This document shows, in pieces, positions 40,168 through 50,900 of a DNA stretch of 53,378 nt. The translations under genes were made by a program, and so were the position numbers. Numbering within the stretch: the first letter of the stretch is position 1; each line of letters begins with the position of its first letter. This DNA comes from Actinomycetota bacterium (GTDB lineage Bacteria; Actinomycetota; Thermoleophilia; Solirubrobacterales; Thermoleophilaceae). The notes below the pieces were generated by a model. That model was not told the DNA's origin and searched no databases. It worked only from the letters and a program-made list of their open reading frames with translations. The stretch is from positions 1 to 53,378 of the forward strand of contig JAFAQQ010000058.1 of NCBI GenBank assembly GCA_019246335.1, written 5' to 3'.

Positions 40168-41588
40168 CTTCCAGCCACCTCCAGCTTCAGCTCGGTTCCA
40201 CGAACTCTCTTCCCCGCCACGCTGCGCACGACCTCGTCCGCCTTCGCCGGCGGGACCTCGGCGAAGCTGAACCGCTCCAGCACCCGCACGCCGGTCACGT
40301 CCTCCCCATCCAGGTGCGAATGGTCCACGATCGCGCCGATCAGGTCTGCCGGCTCCAGCCCCTGCGCGCGGCCCGCGCCGATCATGAGCTTCACGCGGCG
40401 GCCCTGCGCGCCGTCGCGGGCGTGCGGCTTCGTATGCCGCGGGCGCCGCGGTTGATCGTCGCTCCGCTCGGGGGGCCCGCCGTTCGACGACCATTCTCCG
40501 ATCCGCGTGTTCGCATGCCGCTCGATCGCGGCGAGCTCGCGCCGCTGCTTGTGTGTGATCAGGGAGATCGCCCGGCCCGATCGGCCTACCCGCCCGGTTC
40601 GGCCGATGCGGTGGACGTAGACGTCCGGCGAGTTCGGCAGGTCGTAGTTCACGACGTGGCTTACGCCGGAGATGTCCAGCCCGCGCGCGGCGATGTCGGT
40701 CGCAACGAGCAGCCGCTCGCGGCCGCCCTTGAAGGCGAGCATGACGCCGTCGCGCGAGCCCTGCGTCATGTCGCCGTGGAGAGCCTTCACGCGCACCCCC
40801 CGGTCGCCGAGAGCGCGTGCGAGGCGGTCGGCGCCGATCTTCGTGCGAACGAAGATGATCGCCTGGTCAGGGCGCTCGGACTTCAGCACCCGCGCCAGGG
40901 CCCCAGCTTTCTCGCGCTCCCCGACCTCGACGTAGAACTGGTCCACGGTGTCGATCGTCAGCGTCTCGGCGCGGACCTTGATCGTGATCGGGTCGAACAT
41001 CCGGGTCTCCGCCAGACGGCGGATCTCGGGCGGCATCGTGGCCGAGAAGAGCGCGGTCTGGCGTCCGGACGGACACCTGGACAGGATCGTCTCAACGTCC
41101 TCCAGGAACCCGAGGTCGAGCATCTCGTCCGCCTCGTCGAGGACCACGTAGCGGGCATCGGAGAGCATCAGGTAGTGGCGGCTCATCATGTCCATGACGC
41201 GACCGACGGTGCCCACCACGACCTGCGCGCCCTGGCGGAGGTAGGCGGCCTGGTCGCGGATGGGAGCGCCTCCGAAGATCGCCACGATCTCCACCCCTCT
41301 CCTCTCCCCGTACGCTCGCAGCGCCTGCGTCACCTGGATGCAGAGCTCGCGCGTTGGCGTTAGGACCAGCGCCTGGACCTCGGGGTCCGCCGGTTCGACG
41401 AACTCGAGCAGCGGCAGCCCAAAGGCGGCGGTCTTGCCGGTGCCCGTCTGAGCCTGCCCGATCACGTCCCGGCCGGCGAGGAGCTCGGGGATCGCCTGCT
41501 CCTGGATCGGCGTCGGGCGCTCGTATCCGAGGTGGGCCAGAGCCTCGAGCAGGGGCCGTGAAAGCCCGAGGTCCGCAAAGGTCGGCAC
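40164..41588 (-). CDS. DEAD-box ATP-dependent RNA helicase with DbpA-type C-terminal RNA-binding domain
   Basis: GTG at 41588 gives (M)PTFADLGL. Contains [19 protein letters not shown] and [10 protein letters not shown]. The 208-aa R/P-rich N-terminal extension in the track was discarded. Confidence 0.9.
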   Translation of the reverse strand: MPTFADLGLSRPLLEALAHLGYERPTPIQEQAIPELLAGRDVIGQAQTGTGKTAAFGLPLLEFVEPADPEVQALVLTPTRELCIQVTQALRAYGERRGVEIVAIFGGAPIRDQAAYLRQGAQVVVGTVGRVMDMMSRHYLMLSDARYVVLDEADEMLDLGFLEDVETILSRCPSGRQTALFSATMPPEIRRLAETRMFDPITIKVRAETLTIDTVDQFYVEVGEREKAGALARVLKSERPDQAIIFVRTKIGADRLARALGDRGVRVKALHGDMTQGSRDGVMLAFKGGRERLLVATDIAARGLDISGVSHVVNYDLPNSPDVYVHRIGRTGRVGRSGRAISLITHKQRRELAAIERHANTRIGEWSSNGGPPERSDDQPRRPRHTKPHARDGAQGRRVKLMIGAGRAQGLEPADLIGAIVDHSHLDGEDVTGVRVLERFSFAEVPPAKADEVVRSVAGKRVRGTELKLEVAGR

Positions 41589-41611
41589 GCTCCGAGGGTA
41601 CTCGCGCCGGC

Positions 41612-42586
41612 TCAGGCCGACGGGTCGAGGAGCAGCTTGCCGGAGGTTCGGCGGCCCGTGAGGTCCTCGTGCGCGCGCCGCGCCTCGGAGAGCGGATACG
41701 TGCCGCCAACCACGGTTCGCAGCTCGCCGCGCGCGGCGCGGAGGTAGAGGTCCTGCAGCGGTTCGCGCAACATCTCGGGGCGCTCGAGGCAGTGCATGAG
41801 CCAGAACCCCACGACCCCCCGGCTGCCGCGCAGGAGCGAGCCGGTCGAGAGCTCGACCTGCTCGCGGCTCGAGATCCCGTAGACGACGACGCGCCCGAAG
41901 GGCGCGAGCGCGGCGTAGCTCTGCTCGAAGGTCCGGCCGCCGGCCTGCTCCAGCACCAGGTCGACGTGGCGCCCGCCGTTCGCCTCGAGCAGCGCGGCGG
42001 TCAGGTCCTCCACGCGGTAGTCGATCGCCGCGTCCGCACCGAGCTCCAGCGCCAGCGACCGCCTGTCCTCCGAACCGGCGGTTGCGATCGTGCGCCCAGC
42101 CCCGAAGGGCTTCGCGAGCTGTAGCGCGAGGCTGCCGACGCCGCCCGCCGCCGAATGGACGACCACGCTCTCCCCGGGGCGTATCTGCGCCGATGTGCGG
42201 TAGAGGTGCCACGCGGTGAGCCCCTGGATGAGGAGCGCCAGGGCGGCGCCGTCTTCCACGCCGTCGGGCAACGGGAATGTGGTGAGCGCCGGCGCGACCG
42301 CGAGCTCCGCGTAACCCCCGCGCCCGCCGGTCATCGCGACCACCCGCGTTCCCTTGGCCAGCCCGCCGGCGCCGCGCTCCACGACCCCGGCGACCTCGCC
42401 CCCGGGCACGAGCGGAAGCTCCTGCCTGGCGATGTAGGCGTTCTCGCGCTGGTGGGTGTCGGCGAAGTTGACGCCCGCCCGCGAGACCCGGATGAGCACC
42501 TCGCCCTCCCCCGGCTCGGGCGGGTCGAGGTCCACGAGCTCGAGCACGTCCGGGCCGCCGAACTCGGTGATCTGGACCGCGCGCAC
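41612..42586 (-). CDS. Zinc-type alcohol dehydrogenase-like quinone oxidoreductase (MDR family)
   Basis: GTG at 42586 gives (M)RAVQITEFGGPDVLELV. Contains GVNFADT and HSAAGGVGS. Confidence 0.88.
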   Translation of the reverse strand: MRAVQITEFGGPDVLELVDLDPPEPGEGEVLIRVSRAGVNFADTHQRENAYIARQELPLVPGGEVAGVVERGAGGLAKGTRVVAMTGGRGGYAELAVAPALTTFPLPDGVEDGAALALLIQGLTAWHLYRTSAQIRPGESVVVHSAAGGVGSLALQLAKPFGAGRTIATAGSEDRRSLALELGADAAIDYRVEDLTAALLEANGGRHVDLVLEQAGGRTFEQSYAALAPFGRVVVYGISSREQVELSTGSLLRGSRGVVGFWLMHCLERPEMLREPLQDLYLRAARGELRTVVGGTYPLSEARRAHEDLTGRRTSGKLLLDPSA

Positions 42587-42690
42587 GCGAGCGCTACCCC
42601 CGCACCCAGCTCGTCGCCGCCTGCACCCGGCGATTATCCCGGGTGCAGGAGCGCCCGTGTCGGATGGATGGGCACTAGCCTCCGCCGGCC

Positions 42691-43623
42691 GTGAGCCTGG
42701 TCGTCGTCGGATCGATCGCATTCGACTCCGTGCGCACCCCGTTCGGGGAGCGCGAGCGGATGCTCGGCGGCTCCGCCGTCCACTTCTCGCTCGCGGCGAG
42801 CTTCTTCACGCCCCCGCGCGTGGTGGGCCCGGTCGGCGACGACTTCGGCGATCGCGAGCTGGCCGTGCTCCACGAGCGCGGAGTGGACACGAGCGACGTC
42901 GAGCGGATCCCCGACGGGCGGACGTTCTTCTGGCGGGGCCGCTACGAGTTCGACCTCAACACGGCGCACACCGAGGACACACAGCTCGGCGTCTTCGGCG
43001 ATTTCGACCCCAAGCTCTCCGCGGAGGCGCGGGCGACCGACACGCTGTTCCTGGCCAACATCCAGCCCGACCTCCAGCGCGCCGTCCGCGCGCAGTGCGG
43101 CGGCGCTCGGCTCGCGGGGCTCGACTCGATGAACCTGTGGATCGAGGCGGCCCGAGACTCGCTCCTGCGGGCGATCGGGGAGGTCGACCTCGTGTTCATG
43201 AACGACGCCGAGGTGCGGATGCTGACCGAGGAGCCCAACCTGGTGCGCGCCGCCCGTCACCTGCTCGACCGCGGACCGCGCGCGGTCGTCGCCAAGCAGG
43301 GCGAGTACGGGGCGGCGCTGTTCGCCCGCGACCGCTTCTTCTCGCTACCCGCCTACCCGCTCGAGACGGTCGTCGACCCGACCGGCGCGGGCGACTCGTT
43401 CGCGGGCGGCTTCATGGGCTACCTCGCCTCACGCCCGGCGGCCGACGTCGCGGACGAGGCCGAGGTCCGGCGCGCGATGACCTACGGCTCGGTTCTGGCG
43501 TCCTTCAACGTCGAGGGCTTCGGGACAGAGCGCGTCGTGGCGTTGACGCGGGAGGAGATCGACGAGCGGTATGAGGAGTTCAGGTCGATGACCGCGCTCG
43601 CGGGGTCGTCCCCGGCCCCGTAG
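42691..43623 (+). CDS. PfkB-family carbohydrate kinase
   Basis: 310 aa. N-terminal VVVGSIAFD and the C-terminal signature DPTGAGDSFAGGF. Confidence 0.88.
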   Translation: MSLVVVGSIAFDSVRTPFGERERMLGGSAVHFSLAASFFTPPRVVGPVGDDFGDRELAVLHERGVDTSDVERIPDGRTFFWRGRYEFDLNTAHTEDTQLGVFGDFDPKLSAEARATDTLFLANIQPDLQRAVRAQCGGARLAGLDSMNLWIEAARDSLLRAIGEVDLVFMNDAEVRMLTEEPNLVRAARHLLDRGPRAVVAKQGEYGAALFARDRFFSLPAYPLETVVDPTGAGDSFAGGFMGYLASRPAADVADEAEVRRAMTYGSVLASFNVEGFGTERVVALTREEIDERYEEFRSMTALAGSSPAP

Positions 43624-43784
43624 TCGTCCGCCGCGCCGGAGGCCCGGCTCCCGGGCGCGCGCGCGATCCGTCGTCCATCCGTACCACCTATAGCTTGCAC
43701 TCGTGGACGATCGCCCCGGTCGACCCACGATCGCGCGTCGCACACGGCGCCATCCCGGCCATCCGCGGCTCCGCCGGCGCGCCG

Positions 43785-45185
43785 TCACCGGTCCTTGCGT
43801 ACGTGCGGGTAGTGCGTCGCGCGACCACGGAACAGCAACGGCGGCGAGACCAGGCACGGCGGCGCGGGCTCGAAGCCGGGGTTGTCGACGTTCGAGCAGT
43901 CGAACGCGCGCAGCCCGGTGTTCCCGGCGCTCATCCGGCTCAGCTCGAGCGGCAGGAAGTACGGGTTGTGGCGGTTGGAGCCCAGCCGCTTGCTGTAGGC
44001 GACCGCCCCCTCCGAGGTGAACGGCGCAACCACGCGGAGGTAGTGGAGCGGCGTCGCGGCGCCGGAGGCCGTCGAGGCCTGCGAGGCGGCTGCGACCCCC
44101 GCGAGCTGCGAGACGAGCTCCTCCTTGTAGAGCGCGAGGTAGTCCACCACCGGCTGCGCCTCGCGGAGCACGGGGACCAGGAGCCGCAGGAGCGGGTGAG
44201 CTGCGCGTACGATCCGGGTGAGCGCGGGCACGCCGCGCCTCGACGCCGCGATCACGCGGTCGACGTCCCCGAACAGGCCCTCGAGCTGCGGCGAGAGCAC
44301 CGCCACGTCCTGCAGGGCGGGCCCCAGCGCGCGCGCCCCAGGCCGCAGGTCGTGCACCACCGGCCCGGCCTCCCCGGAGAGCAGGCGCACCTGCTCGAGC
44401 GTCGGACGCAGCTCGGCCAGCGTCACCGGCAGGATGCGGACCGTGTCCGCCAGATCGCGGTCGCGCGCGGCGGTGGTCGACAGCACGCGGTCACCGGCCT
44501 GGATCAGCCCGGCGATCTCCCCCTGGCGGCGACCGAGCGCGCCGAACACCACGCCGCTGTCGGAGATCAGCTTGCGCACGGCGCGCTGCTGCGAGTCCAG
44601 CGTGCGCAGGAGGGTCGTGCCGCTGTCGGTCAGCGCCGGGAGGTTCCCGAGCGCGTAGTTCAGGTCCTGGCCGCGCCCGGCGAGCCCGACGGACAGCCCG
44701 TGGACGAAATGCTGGAGGTCCTGGCGGGTGCGCGTGTCGAGGGCGCGCGTTACCTCGTCCAGCTCGGTCGTGCTGGCGATCTGCGTGTTCGGGATGCGGC
44801 CGCCGTCCGGGAGCGAGCCCGATCGCGGGTCGCCGGGCGTGAGCTCGACGTAGGTCTCCCCGAGGAGCGTCTTGAGCCTGAGGATCGCGCGCGTGTCGCG
44901 CGGGATCGGCGCGTAGCGCGGGTCGATCTGCATGGTCGCCTGCGTTCGCCCGCCACCCTCGGACAGCTTGACCACCCGTCCGACGCTGACCCCCGATATG
45001 CGCACGTCGGCCGTGTCCGAGAGCGAGGTCGCCTCCTCGAACCCCGCAACCACCTGGTACCCCTTCGGAGCGAGCGGGATCGGGCCGCCGAAGGAACGCC
45101 AGACGTACAGCAGGATCCCGAAGCACGTGAGCGTGAACGCGACCATCACGGCGATCTGCACGGCGGAGGGCGGGCGCTTCTGCAT
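43785..45185 (-). CDS. MCE-family (MlaD-domain) protein, 6th in array
   Basis: N-terminal TM segment (AVQIAVMVAFTLTCFGILLYVW), then an MlaD domain (..YQVVAGFEEATSLSDTADVRISGVSVGRVV..) and a long helical region. Confidence 0.9.
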   Translation of the reverse strand: MQKRPPSAVQIAVMVAFTLTCFGILLYVWRSFGGPIPLAPKGYQVVAGFEEATSLSDTADVRISGVSVGRVVKLSEGGGRTQATMQIDPRYAPIPRDTRAILRLKTLLGETYVELTPGDPRSGSLPDGGRIPNTQIASTTELDEVTRALDTRTRQDLQHFVHGLSVGLAGRGQDLNYALGNLPALTDSGTTLLRTLDSQQRAVRKLISDSGVVFGALGRRQGEIAGLIQAGDRVLSTTAARDRDLADTVRILPVTLAELRPTLEQVRLLSGEAGPVVHDLRPGARALGPALQDVAVLSPQLEGLFGDVDRVIAASRRGVPALTRIVRAAHPLLRLLVPVLREAQPVVDYLALYKEELVSQLAGVAAASQASTASGAATPLHYLRVVAPFTSEGAVAYSKRLGSNRHNPYFLPLELSRMSAGNTGLRAFDCSNVDNPGFEPAPPCLVSPPLLFRGRATHYPHVRKDR

Positions 45186-46676
45186 CTACCGGCCCCCGAC
45201 CTTCGTGGGTGAGGACGGCTTCGCCGGCCGCGCGGGCTCCGATCCGGCGGGCGGCGGCGGCTGCGTCGAGGATCCGCTCCGCGCCTTCGGACGCGCTGCG
45301 GCGCCCTGCGTCTGCCGGTACCACTTCTCGATGGCGCTCCTGATCTGGTCGGGGGAGCCCGGCTTGAACTTCGGCGGCGCCGGGTGGATCGGGCAGAGCG
45401 GGAGCTGGAGGAACGGGAAGAGCGCCGGGTTGGCGAGGATGACCGCCGGGAGGCTCGTGCACCCGACCAGCACCAGGCCGCGGAACGCGGCGCCGTGCGC
45501 GTCCTCGATCGAGAGCACCGAGTTCGAGTTGTGCATGAACCAGGGGAGCCAGAACAGGTAGCCCTCCTCCTTGCCGGGCGGGTTGTACGCGAGCTCGTTC
45601 GCGACGCGGTTGAGCGCATGGCCCGCGTCGACCAGCCCGGGCGTCGTCGAGTCGACGCGCGCGAGCTCCGGCCCGAACTTCGCGAGCAGGGGGATCGCGG
45701 CGCGGACGAAGGGGCGCACCCCGTTCGCGACAACCGGCGTGGCCTCGCTCAGCAGCGGCCTGGCCTGGACGAGTGCCGGCGCGAGCTCCTGCGCGACCGG
45801 CAGCAGCGCGGTGAGCGCCGGCCTGGCGTCGACCGCGAGCCCGCGCGTTGCCACGAGCGCGTTGCGCGTGGCGTGGAGCGCGCCCGGCAGCCGCGCCACC
45901 GCGGACTGCAGGTCGGCGTCGCGCGCGGCGAGCGTGCCGAAGACCGCCGACGAAGAGTCGACCAGCCGGCCCAGGTCCGCATCCCGGCCCGCCGCCGCGG
46001 ACGCCAGCCGGTGGAGATTCGTGACGAGCCGGGCGAGCTTCGTGCGCCGGTCGGCGATCGCCCGAGCTATGCGGGACGTCTGGGCGAAGGTCGGCTGCGT
46101 GGCGCGCAGGACGCGACGCAGGTCCGCGCCCCGTCCGCGGAGCCCCTGACCGCTTGCGTCCACGAACGCGGCGAGGTAGGCGCGCGTGTCGGCGTCGAGC
46201 GACGCCAGGACCTCGTCCGGGTTGACGTTCGGGCGCGTGTTCTCGATCGGGAGGGTGCTCCCGTCGTGCAGGCGGCCGCGGTCGGGGAGCGACGGGTCCG
46301 GGCGGCCCGGGTCCATCTCGATCGCCATGTCGTTGAGGCCGGTCTTCGGCCGCAGCTGCAGGTGCGCGCTTCGGTACATCCCGCCGGGGACGCGCGACTG
46401 GATGTCGAGCTCCACGACGGCGCGGCCCTCCTTCAGCGTCACCCCGCCGATCTCGCCCACCTTCACGCCGGCGACGTTCACGGTCTGTCCCTGGCCCGGC
46501 GTGACCGACTGCGCGTTCTCGAATTCCGCGTAGATCCGCGTCTCGTGCTGCCAGGGGAAGCGCAGGCGCTCGTGGACGCTCACGTACACGGTCACGGCCA
46601 GGGCGAGTCCGACCATCCCGGCCAAAGCGAGCAGGTGCTGCAGGTACTGCGTGGCGATCTTGCGCAGGCTCGGCAT
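45186..46676 (-). CDS. MCE-family protein, 5th in array
   Basis: ATG at 46676 (aa 121 of the track ORF). TM segment plus ..IYAEFENAQSVTPGQGQTVNVAGVKVGEIGGV... Pro-rich C-terminal tail. Confidence 0.9.
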   Translation of the reverse strand: MPSLRKIATQYLQHLLALAGMVGLALAVTVYVSVHERLRFPWQHETRIYAEFENAQSVTPGQGQTVNVAGVKVGEIGGVTLKEGRAVVELDIQSRVPGGMYRSAHLQLRPKTGLNDMAIEMDPGRPDPSLPDRGRLHDGSTLPIENTRPNVNPDEVLASLDADTRAYLAAFVDASGQGLRGRGADLRRVLRATQPTFAQTSRIARAIADRRTKLARLVTNLHRLASAAAGRDADLGRLVDSSSAVFGTLAARDADLQSAVARLPGALHATRNALVATRGLAVDARPALTALLPVAQELAPALVQARPLLSEATPVVANGVRPFVRAAIPLLAKFGPELARVDSTTPGLVDAGHALNRVANELAYNPPGKEEGYLFWLPWFMHNSNSVLSIEDAHGAAFRGLVLVGCTSLPAVILANPALFPFLQLPLCPIHPAPPKFKPGSPDQIRSAIEKWYRQTQGAAARPKARSGSSTQPPPPAGSEPARPAKPSSPTKVGGR

Positions 46677-46678
46677 GG

Positions 46679-48082
46679 CTACTGCTCCGCCGGCCCGGTA
46701 TCGGCATGGAGGTTCGGACGGCGCTGCTTCAGGCAGGACGCGTGCGGCCGGAGCGGTGGCTGCACGTGCGTGAACCGCGGCCGCGAGCCGAGCAGCTTGT
46801 TCTCGGTGATCCCGACCAGCTGCTGGCCCTCGGCGGGGATCGTCCCTGTGAGGAACGTCTGGTCGCCGAAGCCCGCGTGGTAGCGGATGGCGGGCCCGTC
46901 CCCGGTGAAGTTCTGGGACTCGCTGGCGAGGCCGACCCAGGCGTGGAGGAGCTCCCGGTAAGGGGGGTCGCCGGTCGTGTGCGGCGGGTCCTGGACGGGC
47001 GTCCCCAGCGTCGGCACCGCGTCGCGCCGCAGGCACTCCGTCACCGGGTAGAGCAGCCGCAGGATCGTGCGGAGGTGCGGCTCCGCGCTTGCGAGCGTCC
47101 TGATCGCGGGCGTGCCCACCTGCACGAGCCGCGGCAGCTCAGGTGGCGAGAGCAGCCCCTGGAGCTGCGCGAGCAGCGGGTTCGCCACCTCGAGGGTGGC
47201 GGGAGCCTCGCGCAATCCGGGGCGGACGGCCGCGACGAACGTGCGCGCGATCGGGAACAGCGCGTTGAGCTCGACGAAGGTGGGGCGCGCCTCTCGAAGG
47301 AGCGCGTCGAGCTCGGGGAGCGAGGCGGCCAGCGCCGTGCTCCGCGAGGCGAGCGCCTCCAGCGTCAGGTCGAGCGACGAGATCAGGGACGTGAGGGAGG
47401 CGCGGTGCCGCGAGAGCGTGCCCGCCAGACGCTCGAGGTCGGCGATCGAGCCGGAGAGGTCGTGCGCGTGGAGCCCGCGCGTGGCCTCGGCCGCGATCGC
47501 CGAGCTCAGGAACGCCGGCTGCCAGTAGGGCAGCGATTGCTTGAGGGCGTCGGCGCCGCCCTTCCCGAGCGCCGCGGCGAGCTCGTGCACGACCGACGCG
47601 AGGTCCTCGCGGGTCCCGCGGCGCAGGACGTCGAGGACCTGGTCGAGCTGGACGGGGATCGCCGTCTGGGTGACCGGGATCTCGTATCCGGAGCCCACCG
47701 TCGGCGAGGCCGGCGTCCCCGGCTGGAGGTCGACGAAGAAGTTCCCCTCGAGGAAGATCCGCGGGCGGATCTTGAGGGTGGCGTCCCGGTGGATCGGGAG
47801 CGCGCTGTCCTGAAGCGACATCGTGACCGTCGCAAGGCGCCCCGGCCCGCGCTTGATCCCCTCGACCCGGCCCACGTCGATTCCCGCTATGCGCACCGGC
47901 GTTCGGGAGTGCAGCTGGTTGGCCGAGGTCACCACCGCGCGGAGCTGGAAGCTCGACTGCCACGGGAGGGAGCCGCCGAAGGCGAAGTACAGGGCGACCA
48001 CCGTCAGAGCGATCGCGATCAGGCCCGCCTGGAAGGTCGAGATCCTGCTCGCGCGATTGCGCACCCTCGAGAGCACGCTCAC
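46679..48082 (-). CDS. MCE-family protein, 4th in array
   Basis: The GTG at 48082 overlaps the upstream stop (GTGA). TM segment (FQAGLIAIALTVVALYFAF) plus ..LRAVVTSANQLHSRTPVRIAGIDVGRVEGI.. Confidence 0.88.
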   Translation of the reverse strand: MSVLSRVRNRASRISTFQAGLIAIALTVVALYFAFGGSLPWQSSFQLRAVVTSANQLHSRTPVRIAGIDVGRVEGIKRGPGRLATVTMSLQDSALPIHRDATLKIRPRIFLEGNFFVDLQPGTPASPTVGSGYEIPVTQTAIPVQLDQVLDVLRRGTREDLASVVHELAAALGKGGADALKQSLPYWQPAFLSSAIAAEATRGLHAHDLSGSIADLERLAGTLSRHRASLTSLISSLDLTLEALASRSTALAASLPELDALLREARPTFVELNALFPIARTFVAAVRPGLREAPATLEVANPLLAQLQGLLSPPELPRLVQVGTPAIRTLASAEPHLRTILRLLYPVTECLRRDAVPTLGTPVQDPPHTTGDPPYRELLHAWVGLASESQNFTGDGPAIRYHAGFGDQTFLTGTIPAEGQQLVGITENKLLGSRPRFTHVQPPLRPHASCLKQRRPNLHADTGPAEQ

Positions 48083-49461
48083 TTCCCGACCCCCGGTGGC
48101 GGCGACGTGTCCTCCGTGTAGCGCGCGGTGACGCCCGGCACGTGCCCGAACCGCTGTCCCGGCAGGTACGGCTCGTTTCCCGCCTCGCAGAGGCCGTGCT
48201 GCCCGGGCGCAGCGGTGTAGGGGTAGGGATTCGTGTGGAGGTCCGGCGACGGCGCCGAGCGGGCCACGAACTGGTTGGTCTGCGCGATCACGACCGTGCG
48301 CAGCCAGGTGCCGGCGTCGTTGCCCTCGGAAATCGCTGAGCCCAGGTTTCGCAGGTAGACGCCGAGGTAGTTGCACTGCGTCTGAGCGGGGACGATGAAG
48401 CGGAGCAGCGGCAGCGCGGAGTCGAGGGCGACGTTCAGGCGCCGTGCTGCGTCTCTCACGCGCGGGTCGGAGGCGAGCGCGGTCACGGCGTCGAGCGCCG
48501 CTCGCAAGCGGTCATAGAGCGGCGCGGCGTGGCCGAGCACGGGGATCCCGCGCTGGAGCGCCTCGTGCAGCCGCTCGGCCGCGACCGGGAGCACGCCGAT
48601 CCCCGGGCGGAGGTCGTGGACCAGCCCGCGCGCGTCCGCGAGCACGGGCCGAGCCGCAGCCAGTGCGTCGATCCCTGTCTGCTCGGTGCCCGGCAGCTCG
48701 TCGAGCACGGCGCCCAGCTGCGGTCGCACCGAGTCGAGGGCGGCCGCCGTCCGGTTCGCGCCGGTGACGAGGGAGCCGAGCTCGGGCGCCACGGTGGCGA
48801 CCTGGCCCGTGAGCGACGTGAGCGAGCGCAGCGTCGTACGCAGCCCGGTCCGCGGATCGGCGAGGACCGCTGCGACCCGCTGCAGGTGGTAAAGGAGCTC
48901 GGGAGCCGCCGCGAGCGCCTGGTTGAAGCCGGCGCCGCGACCGGCGAGCCCGGGCCCGAGCTGGTCGAGCGCCTGGCTCAGCGCGTTGCGGGTCTGGGTG
49001 TTGAAGGCGTCGATCACCTCGTCGAGCTCGACGCTGCGACGCGACTGCGCCAGCGAGAGGCGTCCGCCTTCGGGCACCGCGCGGCCGCGGCCGCCGGGCA
49101 CGAGCTCCAGGTACTTCAGCCCGAGCGGCGAGCGCGGCCGCACGGTCACCACCGAGTCGCTGCGGATGGGCTCGACGGTCTTGTCGAGCTTCAGCTTGAG
49201 GACGGCGTAGGGCCCGTGCCGTCCGACTCGGCCGGCGATGCCGTCGACCACCCCCACGCGCTTGCCGCCGATGCGGACCTCGTTGCCGTCGACCAGCCCG
49301 GACGCATCGTGGACCTCGGCCTTCACGTGGTAGGTCGGGACGAAGGGCAGGCCCGAGTTCGCGTTGTACGAGAGCAGGACCGCCACCACGGTGACGAGCA
49401 CGGTCACCGCACCGATCAGGATCGGAGAGCCGGCGATGCTCTGTGGCTGGCGCGGGTTCAC
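48079..49461 (-). CDS. MCE-family protein, 3rd in array
   Basis: The GTG at 49461 overlaps the upstream stop (GTGA). TM segment (ILIGAVTVLVTVVAVLL) plus ..YHVKAEVHDASGLVDGNEVRIGGKRVGVV.. Confidence 0.88.
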   Translation of the reverse strand: MNPRQPQSIAGSPILIGAVTVLVTVVAVLLSYNANSGLPFVPTYHVKAEVHDASGLVDGNEVRIGGKRVGVVDGIAGRVGRHGPYAVLKLKLDKTVEPIRSDSVVTVRPRSPLGLKYLELVPGGRGRAVPEGGRLSLAQSRRSVELDEVIDAFNTQTRNALSQALDQLGPGLAGRGAGFNQALAAAPELLYHLQRVAAVLADPRTGLRTTLRSLTSLTGQVATVAPELGSLVTGANRTAAALDSVRPQLGAVLDELPGTEQTGIDALAAARPVLADARGLVHDLRPGIGVLPVAAERLHEALQRGIPVLGHAAPLYDRLRAALDAVTALASDPRVRDAARRLNVALDSALPLLRFIVPAQTQCNYLGVYLRNLGSAISEGNDAGTWLRTVVIAQTNQFVARSAPSPDLHTNPYPYTAAPGQHGLCEAGNEPYLPGQRFGHVPGVTARYTEDTSPPPGVGK

Positions 49462-50900
49462 GGTCTGAGCAGCCAGTCGAGGAGCTGTGACGGGTCTGTC
49501 GGAGGCGAGCCCGGCCGCTGCTCGAGAGCGCGTGACGCCGCACTCGCGGCGCGCCTCGCGAGGCCGCCCGAGGGCACGCCTCCACCTGGCGCGGTCGGGC
49601 CAGTCGGCGAGCCGGCCGGGGCGGCGCGGGCGCGGGCGCCGTGGCTCGAGGGCGAGCCGTTCGATGCGCCCGCTGCAGCGGTCTGCGGCGCGCCTTTGCC
49701 GGTGCCGCTGAAGTGCGCCGAGCAGCCCGCCGTGGGGGTCGTCGCGTACGTGTTGCACGTGCCGCCGAGCTGGTAGGAGGGAAGGACGTGCGACACCTGG
49801 TCGAACCGCGCCGAGGCCGCGGTGGAGAGCCAGACGAAGCGCAGCAAGAGCTCGGGGACGCCGCGGCTGACCAGCGAGTCGACCAACCCCTTCGCGATCG
49901 CGACTGTCGGCGGCAGCTTGCGCGAGACCGGATCGAGCAGGTCGACCACCGGCTGCAGGGCCCCCACCGCGCGCAACCCGCTCGACGACAGGGCGGAGAG
50001 GTTCACGAGCGTCGGTCTCACGGCATTCGCGAGCGGCTGGAAGTCCGCGAGGAGCGCGCGGGCCTGGGGCGCCGCCGCGCCCAGCGCCCGCACGACCGGA
50101 CGCGCGTCGGTCGCGAAGCCCGCCAGCTCGTTGGCCGCGGGCTCGAGCTCGGCCAGCAGGGTCGGCAGGCGGCGCACGCCCGCGTCGAGGCCGGCGCGGT
50201 GCGCGGCGACCGTCTCCCCCACGCGGCTCGCGTGCGAGATGAAGCCGGCCACGTCGCCGCGCCGGTTGGCCAGCTCGCGGAGCACGGTGTCCGACGCGTC
50301 GATCAGCCGGCCGAGCGTGGAGCGCTCGGAGTCGAGGATCGCCAGGGTGCGGTTCGCCTGCTCCAGGGCCGGGTTCGCCTGGCGGATTGCCGCGTTCAGC
50401 TCCGCGGGTCGGCCCGCCAGGCCCGTGCCGAGCTCGTTCACGATGATCGAAAGCCGGTCACGAAGCGGCCGGCGCAGAGTCGTGAAGACGAGATCGAGGT
50501 CCACCGGCGAGTGGTCGTGCGTCACGGGGACGGTGGGCACTCCGCCGCGGGGCGCCTGGAGCACCGGAGCGTCCGGCGTGCCCGGATCGCACTCCACGAA
50601 CTTCTCGCCGATCAGGCTCTGGGGGCGGATCGCGCAGTCCGCGTTCGTCCGGAAGGGCGCGAAGGCCCGGCCCACCTCCATCTCGACCAGCGCACGGCGG
50701 TCGTTCGTGAGCGTCACCTTCGTCACCTGGCCCACGCGGGCGCCCGCGACCTCCACGTCCTGGCCGGAGATCAGGAAGTCGGCGTTGTCGAAGATCGCGG
50801 CCACGCTGTACTGGTCCGAGCCGCCGCCGGCGCCCACCGTCAGCGCCGCCGCCACGGCGACCGCCGCGCCGACCGCCGCTATGCCAAGCGCGCGCCTCAC
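49458..50900 (-). CDS. MCE-family protein, 2nd in array
   Basis: The GTG at 50900 overlaps the upstream stop (GTGA). Signal/TM segment plus ..YSVAAIFDNADFLISGQDVEVAGARVGQV... Low-complexity P/S/A-rich tail. Confidence 0.88.
   Translation of the reverse strand: MRRALGIAAVGAAVAVAAALTVGAGGGSDQYSVAAIFDNADFLISGQDVEVAGARVGQVTKVTLTNDRRALVEMEVGRAFAPFRTNADCAIRPQSLIGEKFVECDPGTPDAPVLQAPRGGVPTVPVTHDHSPVDLDLVFTTLRRPLRDRLSIIVNELGTGLAGRPAELNAAIRQANPALEQANRTLAILDSERSTLGRLIDASDTVLRELANRRGDVAGFISHASRVGETVAAHRAGLDAGVRRLPTLLAELEPAANELAGFATDARPVVRALGAAAPQARALLADFQPLANAVRPTLVNLSALSSSGLRAVGALQPVVDLLDPVSRKLPPTVAIAKGLVDSLVSRGVPELLLRFVWLSTAASARFDQVSHVLPSYQLGGTCNTYATTPTAGCSAHFSGTGKGAPQTAAAGASNGSPSSHGARARAAPAGSPTGPTAPGGGVPSGGLARRAASAASRALEQRPGSPPTDPSQLLDWLLRP

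Noticed and set aside
43624-43784. 160-nt convergent intergenic region between pfkB and the last MCE gene, considered as a possible sRNA or riboswitch
   Set aside because: I see only a short GC hairpin (GCCCGG-ctc-CCGGGC at 43642-43656). There is no recognisable conserved RNA motif or promoter, and nothing supports more than a terminator region.
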